A DNA stretch of 64,000 nt from a virus, in the IMG/VR virus record IMGVR_UViG_3300012920_009134, positions 35,732-99,731 of that record; one strand, 5' to 3'. The position numbers and the translations under genes are program-made. The notes below the pieces were generated by a model. It searched no databases, was not told the origin of the DNA, and saw only the letters and a program-made list of their open reading frames with translations. Of this stretch, positions 40,650 to 51,283 are shown piece by piece. Positions within the stretch are counted from its first letter, which is position 1. The number at the start of each line of letters is the position of its first letter.

Positions 40650-43600
40650 TGGCGATTAAAAGGTACGAAAGCACATCCGAGATCGTAGGTCAGTTTCTTC
40701 CTAAAGTTTACACGAGAAGGATAACACTTGAAAGTATAGGCAACGATCCAAAAGAAGGCAAAACAGCAGTTACTGTAGATTATCAAATAAAAGATGTTCT
40801 TGATCAAAATGGGTTAGGTATCATAACGCAAACTAGAAAAGATGTTGTAGAAGGCGGCCGCATGGCAGAAGAAGATATGCAGGATGACGTTCTCAAGGCA
40901 CTTAAGGTGATCGTGGTGGCAGTGGATGGAGCAGAAACCGGCAACACTTTGTCAAATCAAATATACAACCTGTCTAATTTTCCAAACGCAAGAGGAAGGA
41001 ACTTCGAACAAGCATTGGAGATATTGACAAGGGGATACAGAGGACTTAGAATACCGATCGAAAAAAGTGTTAATCTAGCTAGACCCGCTGCTCTTGGGTT
41101 TGAGTTTCGAAACACAATATATCAAGAATATGATATTAATAACAATGTTGTTAATATCATTCCTGGAGAGCAAACATTTATTCTTGAGAATAAAGAGTGG
41201 GATAATCTCAATAATCTTAGCATTATCTGCTTTAGTTACTTTGACTTTGAGTCTTTGGGACTAACAACTGATAATTTTTCTGAAGAAGATGCTAGAAAAC
41301 TCTCCTATACAGTAGGTGATCTAACCTTGGACGCGGTTACGAGAGGGGGTCGTATAGTTTCAACAGCAAGTATATACAAACTAGCAGATAACGGACAACC
41401 TTACTATGGACCAGTTCACTATCATGGAAGCGGAAACCCCGGACCAGGTGGATATACGGGATATATGGCAGGTTATGCTGGCGCAGATATGGGACCAAAG
41501 TTGAACAAAGAGCAAGTACCGATCACAAAAATACAAGACTTTAGAGTAATGCAAAGAACAAAACTCGTAAACTATCAACCAGATCAATTGGAGTATTTCA
41601 ACAATAGAAAACCAGACCTTTCCTTTTTAGATAGGGGAGACAAGAACTATTTTGGATTAGATCGAGTTATTGTCAATTATGATAAGGAAGAGCAAGAGAC
41701 AAATATCGAATTTACAGCAAATATGTTTGACATCTATAAAAGAAACTCAAGATATTATCCTCTTCTTAAGAGCGCTCCAATATTGAGTTGGGCAGCACCC
41801 ACAGTGCTGATGAGCATCCTGGAAATGAAGATTGTAAGAAGGAGGATGACTACCGGATTGCCTGGTACTGATAGACTCGGAAGTAAAAAACGAATAGCAT
41901 TTATGCCAGAGTCAGAGGCGGAACACATTGTTATAGCGTCTTCTGATGGTGGACCTGGATCCTTAAACCCTTCTTCAGATGACTATTATGGAGCAGTTGA
42001 ACAAACAGGAAGGGGTTTTTCAACTAGATCCTTTAAAGCAAGTGATTTTCAAATAGGGGACTATCATGGAACAAACGGAATATATCAATATGGTGTAGAG
42101 TTGAGGGTAGTAGATAACACAAAACCATTCATGTTAACTAAACTTGAACGCGCTCGCCGCGCTATAAAAAATCTAAAAATATATTCTCAAGAATCAAAAA
42201 TACCAGTTTTTGATACGTACAATGTCAAAAAACCAGAGGAAAATCTTCCGATTGGTTTGTCCGAAGACCCCATTTACACCGAAAGTGTTTCAACAATTGG
42301 AAATTATGACTCTAGAACAAGAACGTTTACAAGTAAATTTATAGCAGACTCAAGGCGTAAGTATGATTTTCGAGAGTATGTTGATAGTTTCAGGGACTTG
42401 CTTTTCTTTTCTTTTGGAAGAAGTGAAGTACAGAGAACAAGAAGAGCAACAGAAAATGTCCAGTTAGAAAATCAGTTGCAAACTCCTCTGAGTGCTTTGG
42501 AGTCGCTACAGAACGATGGGTTTTTACCAGACCCAGAGTCTATATCTCGAACAGAGTTGTATAATATGATTAATCCCTCAAATACGAACCCAGAAACAAT
42601 AGATTCGTTTATTACGTCTTTTGAAGATTTGGTGCTTGAGATGGAAGAGTACTTTGGGGCAAAGCATAATTTGTATATATCAAGCGAAGGTTCTGGTTAC
42701 TCTGCAAAATCTGGATATACTTTTACTGTAAAAAGGTGGTTAAACTCAACAAATTTTGATATTGATATAGACACGTTTGTTCATCTAGAACCATTTAGGG
42801 ATGAGGTTTCCTTCGATTATGACATCGCAAGACCAACCTACACTGGACCTAGAACGGCGACATTTCCCATATTTCTAAGAAGATTAGAAGAAGAGGCAGT
42901 TCGTTATGATATACCTCCTGGTAATCCAGTGGCACTTTCTCCAAGATTTTTAAATCTTGGAAACTGGGTCATGTGTTTTGATAGGGAAATGATCAAGATG
43001 AAAAGAGACCAATTTGAGTTAGAGAAAAAAGAAGCAAGTAAAATGCAACTAAGGGCATCTCGAAGAAGGAGAAATAGAGGTCGACGCCAAAGAGGTATGT
43101 CAAAGTGGCAAAGAAAACTGAAAAGATTAAGCAAGAAAAAATTTATCTTCCTAGATCCGGCATCATCAGTAGATTCGAATGCAGTAAGCAACTATATCAC
43201 TGGGTTAAGAAAGTTGGTGAGAGTTAGGGGCCCCGCCGCTCCAACTAATTTCTTAAGAAGTATTGATAACTTGGACACTTCAAACTTTTTTGAAGGTCTT
43301 CGTGCAATAAATGATCAACTTTCTAACAACATAACGAACTACGGGTCTTTGACGAACGCGACCACCCTTGTCGACATCACGAGAGAACTACCGTTCCCAG
43401 AGAATCCTAACGAGTGTGGGTTAATAGATAATACCCCAAAAGACTTTAGACTACCACTTATTACCGATTTTCTTGATAGGGAGGATTTCTTTTTTGGATT
43501 TGGATTCGCTCAGGAGGAAGTTATACCGGAGGTTTTACCACTTGATTTGCCGACAGTTGAACCACCGACTCAAACAGTTCCGCCGATTACAACAGTAGAA

Positions 43601-44203
43601 GTCCCAACAGGACCTACTATACCTGGACCAGTGCTGCCTGCAATACCAACGATGCCTACTTTGGATATTGGAACAACTATTGAGGACCTCATACCCCAAG
43701 TTAGATCAACTTCCTTTCCAACCGGCGGAGTGTTTGAAGAAGCGATGGTGTTTGCAACAGATTCAAACTCCGGCGGCGTTCTTACGTATGGTGGGGTCAA
43801 TAGTGGTGCAACCGGAACGGGAAAAATACAACTAGTTTCGGCAGATATTGCAACGGGTAATGGTGTTGGTAAACCGATGGGATCACAAACAAGAAGTTCA
43901 AACCCCAAACCAATGCCGACCCATAGGGAATCAGGCGCATCACCGACGCCAACATATTCAGTTTTAGAGGTTGGTCTCGGAACAACTGTCGCCACATCTG
44001 GCGCTACGTCGACATCACAATCACCAACATCACCAGGTCTTACTGCTGGCGCTGCTATGAATGTTGGTACATCTGCCGTAGGACCTGTTGCGAGTGCCGA
44101 TTTTACTGCGAGCCCTGCAATGCAGTCAGCAGGCGGTATGGGTAACTTTGGCGGTGGAACAGGCGCATTCGCTGGAGCATTTGGTGGATTCGGCGGTTAC
44201 TAG
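40649..44203 (+). CDS. Large structural protein with Arg-rich patch and Pro/Thr/Ser/Gly-rich tail
   Basis: 1184-aa ORF in the baseplate block; YYGPVHYH..YMAG motif; low-complexity C-terminus ending GGFGGY. Confidence 0.55.
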   Translation: MAIKRYESTSEIVGQFLPKVYTRRITLESIGNDPKEGKTAVTVDYQIKDVLDQNGLGIITQTRKDVVEGGRMAEEDMQDDVLKALKVIVVAVDGAETGNTLSNQIYNLSNFPNARGRNFEQALEILTRGYRGLRIPIEKSVNLARPAALGFEFRNTIYQEYDINNNVVNIIPGEQTFILENKEWDNLNNLSIICFSYFDFESLGLTTDNFSEEDARKLSYTVGDLTLDAVTRGGRIVSTASIYKLADNGQPYYGPVHYHGSGNPGPGGYTGYMAGYAGADMGPKLNKEQVPITKIQDFRVMQRTKLVNYQPDQLEYFNNRKPDLSFLDRGDKNYFGLDRVIVNYDKEEQETNIEFTANMFDIYKRNSRYYPLLKSAPILSWAAPTVLMSILEMKIVRRRMTTGLPGTDRLGSKKRIAFMPESEAEHIVIASSDGGPGSLNPSSDDYYGAVEQTGRGFSTRSFKASDFQIGDYHGTNGIYQYGVELRVVDNTKPFMLTKLERARRAIKNLKIYSQESKIPVFDTYNVKKPEENLPIGLSEDPIYTESVSTIGNYDSRTRTFTSKFIADSRRKYDFREYVDSFRDLLFFSFGRSEVQRTRRATENVQLENQLQTPLSALESLQNDGFLPDPESISRTELYNMINPSNTNPETIDSFITSFEDLVLEMEEYFGAKHNLYISSEGSGYSAKSGYTFTVKRWLNSTNFDIDIDTFVHLEPFRDEVSFDYDIARPTYTGPRTATFPIFLRRLEEEAVRYDIPPGNPVALSPRFLNLGNWVMCFDREMIKMKRDQFELEKKEASKMQLRASRRRRNRGRRQRGMSKWQRKLKRLSKKKFIFLDPASSVDSNAVSNYITGLRKLVRVRGPAAPTNFLRSIDNLDTSNFFEGLRAINDQLSNNITNYGSLTNATTLVDITRELPFPENPNECGLIDNTPKDFRLPLITDFLDREDFFFGFGFAQEEVIPEVLPLDLPTVEPPTQTVPPITTVEVPTGPTIPGPVLPAIPTMPTLDIGTTIEDLIPQVRSTSFPTGGVFEEAMVFATDSNSGGVLTYGGVNSGATGTGKIQLVSADIATGNGVGKPMGSQTRSSNPKPMPTHRESGASPTPTYSVLEVGLGTTVATSGATSTSQSPTSPGLTAGAAMNVGTSAVGPVASADFTASPAMQSAGGMGNFGGGTGAFAGAFGGFGGY

Positions 44204-44225
44204 GTGAATATATTTTACTACGGAG

Positions 44226-44232
44226 ATATTTA
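44226..44232 (+). promoter_or_regulatory. Candidate late-promoter motif ATATTTA
   Basis: In the spacer before 44237. Confidence 0.4.
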
Positions 44233-44236
44233 AAGT

Positions 44237-47200
44237 ATGGCAGAAAAAGATCCTTGCGAAGTAGTACTTCCAGAAGAACAAGAAGAAGTTAGTCCAGAGT
44301 ACCAGGAAACTTCGCCTGCACGCTTTGGTATTCCGGGACTCGGTGGACCCTCTGTATCTGCCTTAAGTAATCCAGCAGCAGCGTTATTTCGATCACCAGC
44401 ACTTTCTGGACCACAAGCAGCACTTCAATCTGGAATAGAGGCAATGCAAAATCCGACAGTACAGCAAGTAATGGAGGAAATAGAAAATGAAAGGACACAG
44501 GACCTTTTAAATAATAGTTTGGGAGAAGGTTTAGAAAACGATATCTCTCTAACACCAGTTTTTCAAAACAATTTATCTGCTGAGAAAAGCACTTGGGTTA
44601 TAACAAACACCTCTCTTTTAGATCTTGGAAACACCACGGGGGTCGACCCAGAGACAGGAGAAGGAAAGTTTAAATCAAAACCTGCCTACATGCTACACAG
44701 TTTCGTGGGCACGGACAAAAGAAGGTCCCCTTCTAATGTTATTGATAACTCTTATAGAATTGATCCACTAAGGTGGATTGGTGATAGGATGTGGTTTAAT
44801 GCTGGGCACATTGGCGGACCTGTCGAGTACGAGACCGCAGGTTCAGCAAAAAGTATACACGGCAACTCCCGAGGCCCTGATTTTTATTTTGTAAATTCAG
44901 AAAAGGGTAGGGGGTGGGCAAAATTATATATTGATGGATCAAAAAATCTGCACATTAGATCTGGCGGATCCGCAAACTTAGCTACATGGAAAAATAAAAA
45001 TGAAATATTACAAACAATAGCAAGCAACAACTCCGCAGGATTTAAGGTCAAGTACGAATATCATGAACTGGTGGGAGTAAAGAATGCTTCAAGCACTCAA
45101 GATTGGTCATGGAAAGACTATATTTATGGTCACGTAAGAAACGAAATTGCTTCTGAGATAGTCCCTACATCTGGTAGACCATCTGAAAAAAGAGAATCTT
45201 TTCGTGAAGCTGCCTTAAGACAAGATCAGAATGTGGGATGGAGAAACATAAGTGATAAGTATGCTGAAAGGTTGAACTATGCAAACTTAAACCCCTTTCC
45301 GGTCATTCCTTTTTATGGGGATGAGTTAACCTTAACAAAAGATACAGACCCTGCCAGATTAGATGCGCCTCCTACAGTGGGCAGGGTAATGTTTCAGGAC
45401 TTTACAACAAATGTAACTGACTTGCTATCTAAAGAAGAGGCAGACGTTGTCGACATCGGAAACAAATCATACTTTGATATTCGTACTGTATATTCTTACT
45501 TCGACTGCTTGTATGAAAGAATCTTCTCTCCTGTGCTTGATGAACTGGAGTTGCCATCTCCTTACTTGAAAAAACCCGAACTTGCCTTTGAGACTTCCGG
45601 TTTTAAAACGGAAGGATTGAGCAGAATACAGAAGCAAGACTTTGAAAAACTTATCTTTTCGAGACTGGAGATCGCTGACCTCCTAACAGGAACTGGGTTT
45701 TTTTCCGGCATGAGAGACTCTGTAGACGAGTCTGAGGCAGTCAGACCGTCACAACAAGTTGAATACATAGAAGACTTGATGAAGATTGGCAATAGAGATG
45801 CTAAACGAAAGATGGCAGGACTGATGAGAGAATATTATGGGTTCAATATCGATAACAATGATCAGGATGTGTACTTAAGCAAAAGAACACCAGAAGAACT
45901 GGACATCATATACAATGAAAGATATCTAAATCCAATGTTTGTTGAGATGGAATTGGGTAGTATAGAGAAATCACAACTCGCAGAAGCGCTAACCTTCAAT
46001 GGGGACAACACAATAGTTAGAAGCATGTTCGGTGCCCTCGTGAAGCGCCAGGATACAGAAACGACACAAAGGAGAAGTTACCTCTCGGGCATGTTATATA
46101 ACATAACAAATACGGATATAATCAATGCCAGTTATGTTGACCAACTGCTACAGTCCGGACTTAACGCAGATTCTGACTCGCTGTCAACTAACATAGAATT
46201 TTCAGACACAATAAAGATTGATGAGTCAAGGTCTCTCGACTTCTCTGAATGGTTTGATTCTATATTTGATTTTTACACATCAGGCGCTTTGGCACCGACT
46301 TCGCCAATAGAAAAGTTTGCAAATATCTTTAGACTCTTGACCATCAAGGCAAAGATAGCAAGATTTGTAAACTCTCGCGCGCGCACTTACCGGCAGATAA
46401 TGACTGGTGTACCCGCCAAGAGTGAGGTTTTGGGATTCACTGTAGATAAATATGAGATATCTAGAAACGGAGAAGAGTCGCACATAAACAGTTTTCATAT
46501 TCTATCAAATAACGATAGGGAAGTAGAGAGATTTATCGACAGTCAGGTAAAGTATGGTAAGGTTTACGAATACAAGATTAATAGGGTTGTTGCAATCGTT
46601 GGTAATAAGTATGCTTATTTAGATCCAGGTGTTCAAAGGACAGAAAAAGACAAGAAAAAAGAAGACCAAACAAAACAAGAACCAACAAACCCAGACTTTA
46701 GGCAGAAGTTTGGAATCGTAAATGTTCCTGTTTTAAAGATACTTAGCATCCCATCTACCTCTAAGAGAATCGCAATATCGGATAGACCTCCTATATATCC
46801 AAACATAGATTTTGTTCCTTTTAAGAATGTTCAAGACAAGGTGTTAATAAATCTTAGTTCAAATACTGGGGAGTACCTAGCACCTCCTGTTTTGCTGGAA
46901 GATGATGATAACGTTCAGTTTTACACAGTTGCCGCTAGTCAAGGTTTGCAAAGCGTCCAGGGAATCAGTTTACAGGAAGCAAGAAACCTTTCATTTTCTT
47001 TAAGTGAAGATTTGGCAGAATCGGAGATGATAAGATTTAGAAGTGATGATCCTGCAACAACTTTTGAGATTTTCAGGATAGAAGAGTATCCATCAAGTTA
47101 TGAAGACTTTGTTGGTAACAAAATAGCAAAGGAAGTACTAAAGTCGGACAACTTTGCTTTTATGGATAACCTCAAACCAGACAAGAAGTATTATTATACT

Positions 47201-47620
47201 TTTAGAGTGGAGGATGTCCACGGTCATGTATCTAATCCCTCTCACATATATGAGATAGAATTGATTACTTTCAATGAAGCAGTAAGACTTTCAGTCAAGG
47301 TTGTAGAACCAGAAGACTTGAAAAAAAAGATGAAAGATATGAGACAATCAAGTAAGGACCTTAGAATATTTATGTCCATCAAACCAACTCTGGGACAAAG
47401 AACACTGCAACTTCCAGAGAGTGGCCGATTTGCGGATCTGGTTGATCTTGCAGATAAGAACCAGATGTTTGGAGAACCTGGTCTAGATAAGTTGTGGGGT
47501 AAGAAATTTAAGTTGAGAATAAGAAGTAAAAACACCGGTAAAGAGGTGGACGTAAACTTTCGTTTTAACGGAAGGGCGAAAAAGAACGAAGAAAATAAAA
47601 AAGTAAATTTAATATGTTAA
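44237..47620 (+). CDS. Large structural protein with fibronectin-III-like C-terminal modules
   Basis: FIDSQVKYGKVYEYKI and FMDNLKPDKKYYYTFRVEDVHGHVSNPS. Confidence 0.55.
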   Translation: MAEKDPCEVVLPEEQEEVSPEYQETSPARFGIPGLGGPSVSALSNPAAALFRSPALSGPQAALQSGIEAMQNPTVQQVMEEIENERTQDLLNNSLGEGLENDISLTPVFQNNLSAEKSTWVITNTSLLDLGNTTGVDPETGEGKFKSKPAYMLHSFVGTDKRRSPSNVIDNSYRIDPLRWIGDRMWFNAGHIGGPVEYETAGSAKSIHGNSRGPDFYFVNSEKGRGWAKLYIDGSKNLHIRSGGSANLATWKNKNEILQTIASNNSAGFKVKYEYHELVGVKNASSTQDWSWKDYIYGHVRNEIASEIVPTSGRPSEKRESFREAALRQDQNVGWRNISDKYAERLNYANLNPFPVIPFYGDELTLTKDTDPARLDAPPTVGRVMFQDFTTNVTDLLSKEEADVVDIGNKSYFDIRTVYSYFDCLYERIFSPVLDELELPSPYLKKPELAFETSGFKTEGLSRIQKQDFEKLIFSRLEIADLLTGTGFFSGMRDSVDESEAVRPSQQVEYIEDLMKIGNRDAKRKMAGLMREYYGFNIDNNDQDVYLSKRTPEELDIIYNERYLNPMFVEMELGSIEKSQLAEALTFNGDNTIVRSMFGALVKRQDTETTQRRSYLSGMLYNITNTDIINASYVDQLLQSGLNADSDSLSTNIEFSDTIKIDESRSLDFSEWFDSIFDFYTSGALAPTSPIEKFANIFRLLTIKAKIARFVNSRARTYRQIMTGVPAKSEVLGFTVDKYEISRNGEESHINSFHILSNNDREVERFIDSQVKYGKVYEYKINRVVAIVGNKYAYLDPGVQRTEKDKKKEDQTKQEPTNPDFRQKFGIVNVPVLKILSIPSTSKRIAISDRPPIYPNIDFVPFKNVQDKVLINLSSNTGEYLAPPVLLEDDDNVQFYTVAASQGLQSVQGISLQEARNLSFSLSEDLAESEMIRFRSDDPATTFEIFRIEEYPSSYEDFVGNKIAKEVLKSDNFAFMDNLKPDKKYYYTFRVEDVHGHVSNPSHIYEIELITFNEAVRLSVKVVEPEDLKKKMKDMRQSSKDLRIFMSIKPTLGQRTLQLPESGRFADLVDLADKNQMFGEPGLDKLWGKKFKLRIRSKNTGKEVDVNFRFNGRAKKNEENKKVNLIC

Positions 47621-47623
47621 AAT

Positions 47624-47630
47624 CTATTTA
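47624..47630 (+). promoter_or_regulatory. Candidate late-promoter motif CTATTTA
   Basis: In the spacer before 47658. Confidence 0.45.
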
Positions 47631-47657
47631 CAGGTGAAGTTTAAGGAGTGTTAGTAC

Positions 47658-48656
47658 ATGGCTTTTTTAGATAATTCAGGCGACATCATCTTAGATGCAG
47701 TCCTGACCGATACAGGTCGCTTCCGAATGGCGCGAGGTGACTTTAGAATTTCCAAGTTTGCATTGGGTGATGACGAGATTGATTATTCTCTTTTTAACAA
47801 AAATCACCCTAGTGGTTCTGCTTATTACGATTTGGAGATTTTAAGAACTCCGTTGTTAGAAGCATTTACAAACAACACTTCCACCATGAAGAGCAAACTG
47901 TTATCTATCACTCGAACCAATATTCTTCACTTACCTGTTCTAAAACTTCTCAATGGCGGAAACTCCGGCGGAAACTCAGAGAACTACAGTGATATCGCAA
48001 AGACAAAACTTAACACAAACACGGGTGGATTTATTGTGACTTGCGATGAAGATACGGAAGAACCTGCGGTTCTTACAGCGCTCAATGAGAATGGCATTAT
48101 GAAGGGTAGCACACAGAGTGCACTTGCTTCTGGTGATAATGCTTTTGTTTCAATAGAAAGAGGACTCGACACTACTGAAATATCTCCGCTAGTAAGAATG
48201 CCAGCGACTCTTCAAGAAACACAATTTATTATCGAAGCGGATTACAGACTAGGATTCATTACAGATCTTAATGCACAACCAGTGCCAGTATCATTCATTG
48301 ATGATGATCAGATTGCATCTTACTATGTCAGCGAAGGTACTACTGAGGGTGAGTCTCCGGTTGTTATTCCACAAGCAGATGACTTTAGGACAGATGCGAC
48401 ACTTGCAAGAGAAAAGTCTGTTCACAACATTAGAGGTCCTCGTGACCGTGTTGTGCAGTTTAAGATTCAACCAAGCATTAACCTTATTAGTTCAAACTTT
48501 TTGTTTGATAAGTTGGGGTCGACTTTAACAACTCCAACGATCGCAGGGTTCTCTTCTGGGCAGAACTATAGGATTATTGACTCGCTTGTTAGAATAACAT
48601 CTGCAACAACTTCATATTCTTTGGACATTCCAATAAGATTTATTAAGAAGGTATAG
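47658..48656 (+). CDS. Virion structural protein (N-terminus resembles first half of tail-collar fibre DUF3751 domain)
   Basis: ILDAVLTDTGRFRMARGDFRISKFALGDDEIDY; strong AAGGAG RBS. Confidence 0.6.
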   Translation: MAFLDNSGDIILDAVLTDTGRFRMARGDFRISKFALGDDEIDYSLFNKNHPSGSAYYDLEILRTPLLEAFTNNTSTMKSKLLSITRTNILHLPVLKLLNGGNSGGNSENYSDIAKTKLNTNTGGFIVTCDEDTEEPAVLTALNENGIMKGSTQSALASGDNAFVSIERGLDTTEISPLVRMPATLQETQFIIEADYRLGFITDLNAQPVPVSFIDDDQIASYYVSEGTTEGESPVVIPQADDFRTDATLAREKSVHNIRGPRDRVVQFKIQPSINLISSNFLFDKLGSTLTTPTIAGFSSGQNYRIIDSLVRITSATTSYSLDIPIRFIKKV

Positions 48657-48664
48657 GATAAAAC

Positions 48665-49963
48665 ATGGCAACTACATTTAAGACATTTCTAAATAACGAC
48701 GTAACAACAACAAAAACTTTATTGCATGAAGCAATCCCAATCACTGGCGCTATCTTGTCAGGCACTTACAGTACTGGTAGAGCGGACGGCGGTGCAGGGC
48801 ATGGGATGGTCCCAACCGAGTTTAACATCAAAAACTATTCTCACGGAATGTTTCAATCAGTCTATGATTATCCTTTTTTGAGTTCTTCTGCAAATCACAT
48901 TCTTGATATTTCTGTTGGTATTTCATCTGAGAGTAACTTGTCGGGTACTGTAAATGGTGTTGCGGATGGACACGGCGGCGGCAACACTGCTGCAAAAAGA
49001 ACTACAAGAACTCAGCAAGAAAAGAAGATTGCAATGTACAACCAGATGGCACAGGTTCTAATGGGGCATGACAGAAATGGTAATGTGCAAAGATTTGACC
49101 GCGACGGAAATCTTGCTGAGACTGCTGACGACAAAATGGATGAAGTTGTTTTCTTAAACTTTTCTAGACTTCTTGTTAAAGACGAAATTAAGAAAGGGTC
49201 TTTTACGATTAAGTTTGGCACTGAACAGGAAATGGAGTCTGCAAACCTCAAGAAGGCATCGGGTATAGCACACTTATTAACAATCCAAGACACGAACGCT
49301 CAAAATGATTTTAGAATTAACTCTCCTGCAGGTGAGTATGGTATTCTGTCCGCTTCGCATACTGCAACAGCAGGACACCAAGGAATGGCTGGCGATACCA
49401 CTGGGCGATCTGATCCCTCAAAGGTCGGGTTGATTTTTTATCAGGCTGGCGTGGTTGTGCTTACTGCTTCTATATTTAATGGGCAAGGACCAACAGCAAC
49501 AGCGGCAGGTGCATCACCTGGTGGTGGACTTTTACACCAACCAGTATCAATGTCAATCGGTGGTGTTCCTGGTGGATTTAGTGCAGCACACAAGCACGGC
49601 GCACCAGGACAGGTTGATGCAAGTATCAACCAGATGCTAACAGGGTCTAAGATTCAGAATATTGCAAACAATATTAGAAAGAGATTGTACGATGTCTCAT
49701 TCAACAACACGACCGAACTTAACTCAACAGTGTATTTCTGTAGGGCGAACCACAATGAGTTTAACTATAGCGCTAATCCATCTTATCTCAACGAATCGAA
49801 GATTAGAGTAAAAGATGTTCCAAGCGATATGCCTATCTCATATGTTACTTCGGTTGGACTTTATTCGCCAGACAATGAGTTGATGGCGGTAGCAAAACTT
49901 TCAGAACCTTTGAGAAAGGATCCAACAAACGAACTTACACTGAGAGTAAGGTTAGATTACTAA
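48665..49963 (+). CDS. Virion structural protein (C-terminus resembles second half of DUF3751); paralog of 49976..51283
   Basis: IKKGSF, VGLIFYQAG, EFNYSANPS, YVTSVGLYSPDNELMAVAKLSEPLRK..RVRLDY. Confidence 0.6.
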   Translation: MATTFKTFLNNDVTTTKTLLHEAIPITGAILSGTYSTGRADGGAGHGMVPTEFNIKNYSHGMFQSVYDYPFLSSSANHILDISVGISSESNLSGTVNGVADGHGGGNTAAKRTTRTQQEKKIAMYNQMAQVLMGHDRNGNVQRFDRDGNLAETADDKMDEVVFLNFSRLLVKDEIKKGSFTIKFGTEQEMESANLKKASGIAHLLTIQDTNAQNDFRINSPAGEYGILSASHTATAGHQGMAGDTTGRSDPSKVGLIFYQAGVVVLTASIFNGQGPTATAAGASPGGGLLHQPVSMSIGGVPGGFSAAHKHGAPGQVDASINQMLTGSKIQNIANNIRKRLYDVSFNNTTELNSTVYFCRANHNEFNYSANPSYLNESKIRVKDVPSDMPISYVTSVGLYSPDNELMAVAKLSEPLRKDPTNELTLRVRLDY

Positions 49964-49975
49964 GGGCGGTGTATT

Positions 49976-51283
49976 ATGCCGTTTAGAGAATTCGGAAAAA
50001 ACGATTTATTCTACAACCAAATCAAGACATTCCCAAAGTCAGACTTTATTATTAATAAAGGATTAGTTTATTACAATGGCAACAGAAATGTTGCTACTGA
50101 TGATGGCAATGGTACGATGAGAGATCGAGTTGCACCTCAAAACTTTATATCTCTTTTCGAACTGAATGTTAATAGGCAGATTGACACTGGTACAGATGCA
50201 CCGCCTAATGGCAAGTCAATCTATCCCTTTATCACTAAAGACGGTGCCAGAATAGCGTTCAAAACAGTGAGCACATCGGAGTTCGATACATCATCTCAGT
50301 TTGCATACGGAGACGTTATCAAGGGTGACTATCCTTTAACATCCAGTATAAAAAGAATATACTTTAGTGAAACTTCTGTTCCCTTCGCAGATATAAACAA
50401 TTCAGAGAGGTTTCAGGGAAGTTTCCTAAAATTAACAAATAACAAAAGATTTATAAACTCACTTAAAAACTCGTTTAATCAGTATGTTTATACAAGTCAT
50501 CACTTTTCTTTTGATGATACAACTAATCCATATGCGAGCGCAACTGATGATGAAGGTGTGCACGGTTGGGATAAAGCAAAACAATATGCTTCTCTTGTGG
50601 AAATACCGTCAATATTTTATGGATCTAGTATAAAAAAAGGTTCAGTAGTGCTCCAAGTGTTTTACACGGGATCTCTTGCGGCAGAATGTAGAGATATAAA
50701 GAAAGATGGAGAGTTGATTCAAGTCTCAGGAACTTTTGACGCAACAAAAAACAGTAACAAGGTTGCAGGTACCGTTTTGTATAACGAAGGGTTTATGCAC
50801 ATGACGGGCAGTTGGAATATCACAGATGGTCCTGCGGGCGCTACTGCTGCTGTCGACGGCGGCACAGAAGCGATAAAGTGGTATAACTTTGCCTTTGGTG
50901 CAAATGATGGCAATACAACAGATGAGAAAATATCCTTTAGACTTTCTTTTGAGGGAATAAACTTTGTGCCATCAATAACAATGATGGCACATGCTCCAAA
51001 GGGTGAATTTAATAATTCTACCAATCCCACAGTATACACAAAGGCACAAGTAAAAGATCCAGAAACATCAGCAACGAGATATCAGGAGTTTAAGGATTTG
51101 CAGTTTGTAAAACTAGACCATTCTGACTATGCATCAACAGGATCTTATGAAAAACAAACCTACATATCTAAAGTTGGAATCTATGATGACCAAAAGCGAC
51201 TTATAGGTATTGCAAAACTAGCAAACCCGATAAGAAAGACAGAAGATAGGGAGTATACATTTAAACTCAAGTTGGATATTTAA
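49976..51283 (+). CDS. Virion structural protein; paralog of 48665..49963
   Basis: IKKGSV, AGTVLYNEG, EFNNSTNPT, YISKVGIYDDQKRLIGIAKLANPIRK..KLKLDI. Confidence 0.6.
   Translation: MPFREFGKNDLFYNQIKTFPKSDFIINKGLVYYNGNRNVATDDGNGTMRDRVAPQNFISLFELNVNRQIDTGTDAPPNGKSIYPFITKDGARIAFKTVSTSEFDTSSQFAYGDVIKGDYPLTSSIKRIYFSETSVPFADINNSERFQGSFLKLTNNKRFINSLKNSFNQYVYTSHHFSFDDTTNPYASATDDEGVHGWDKAKQYASLVEIPSIFYGSSIKKGSVVLQVFYTGSLAAECRDIKKDGELIQVSGTFDATKNSNKVAGTVLYNEGFMHMTGSWNITDGPAGATAAVDGGTEAIKWYNFAFGANDGNTTDEKISFRLSFEGINFVPSITMMAHAPKGEFNNSTNPTVYTKAQVKDPETSATRYQEFKDLQFVKLDHSDYASTGSYEKQTYISKVGIYDDQKRLIGIAKLANPIRKTEDREYTFKLKLDI

Noticed and set aside
44201-44239. TAG readthrough joining the 1184-aa and 1127-aa ORFs (same frame)
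   Set aside because: An in-frame TAA lies in the spacer.
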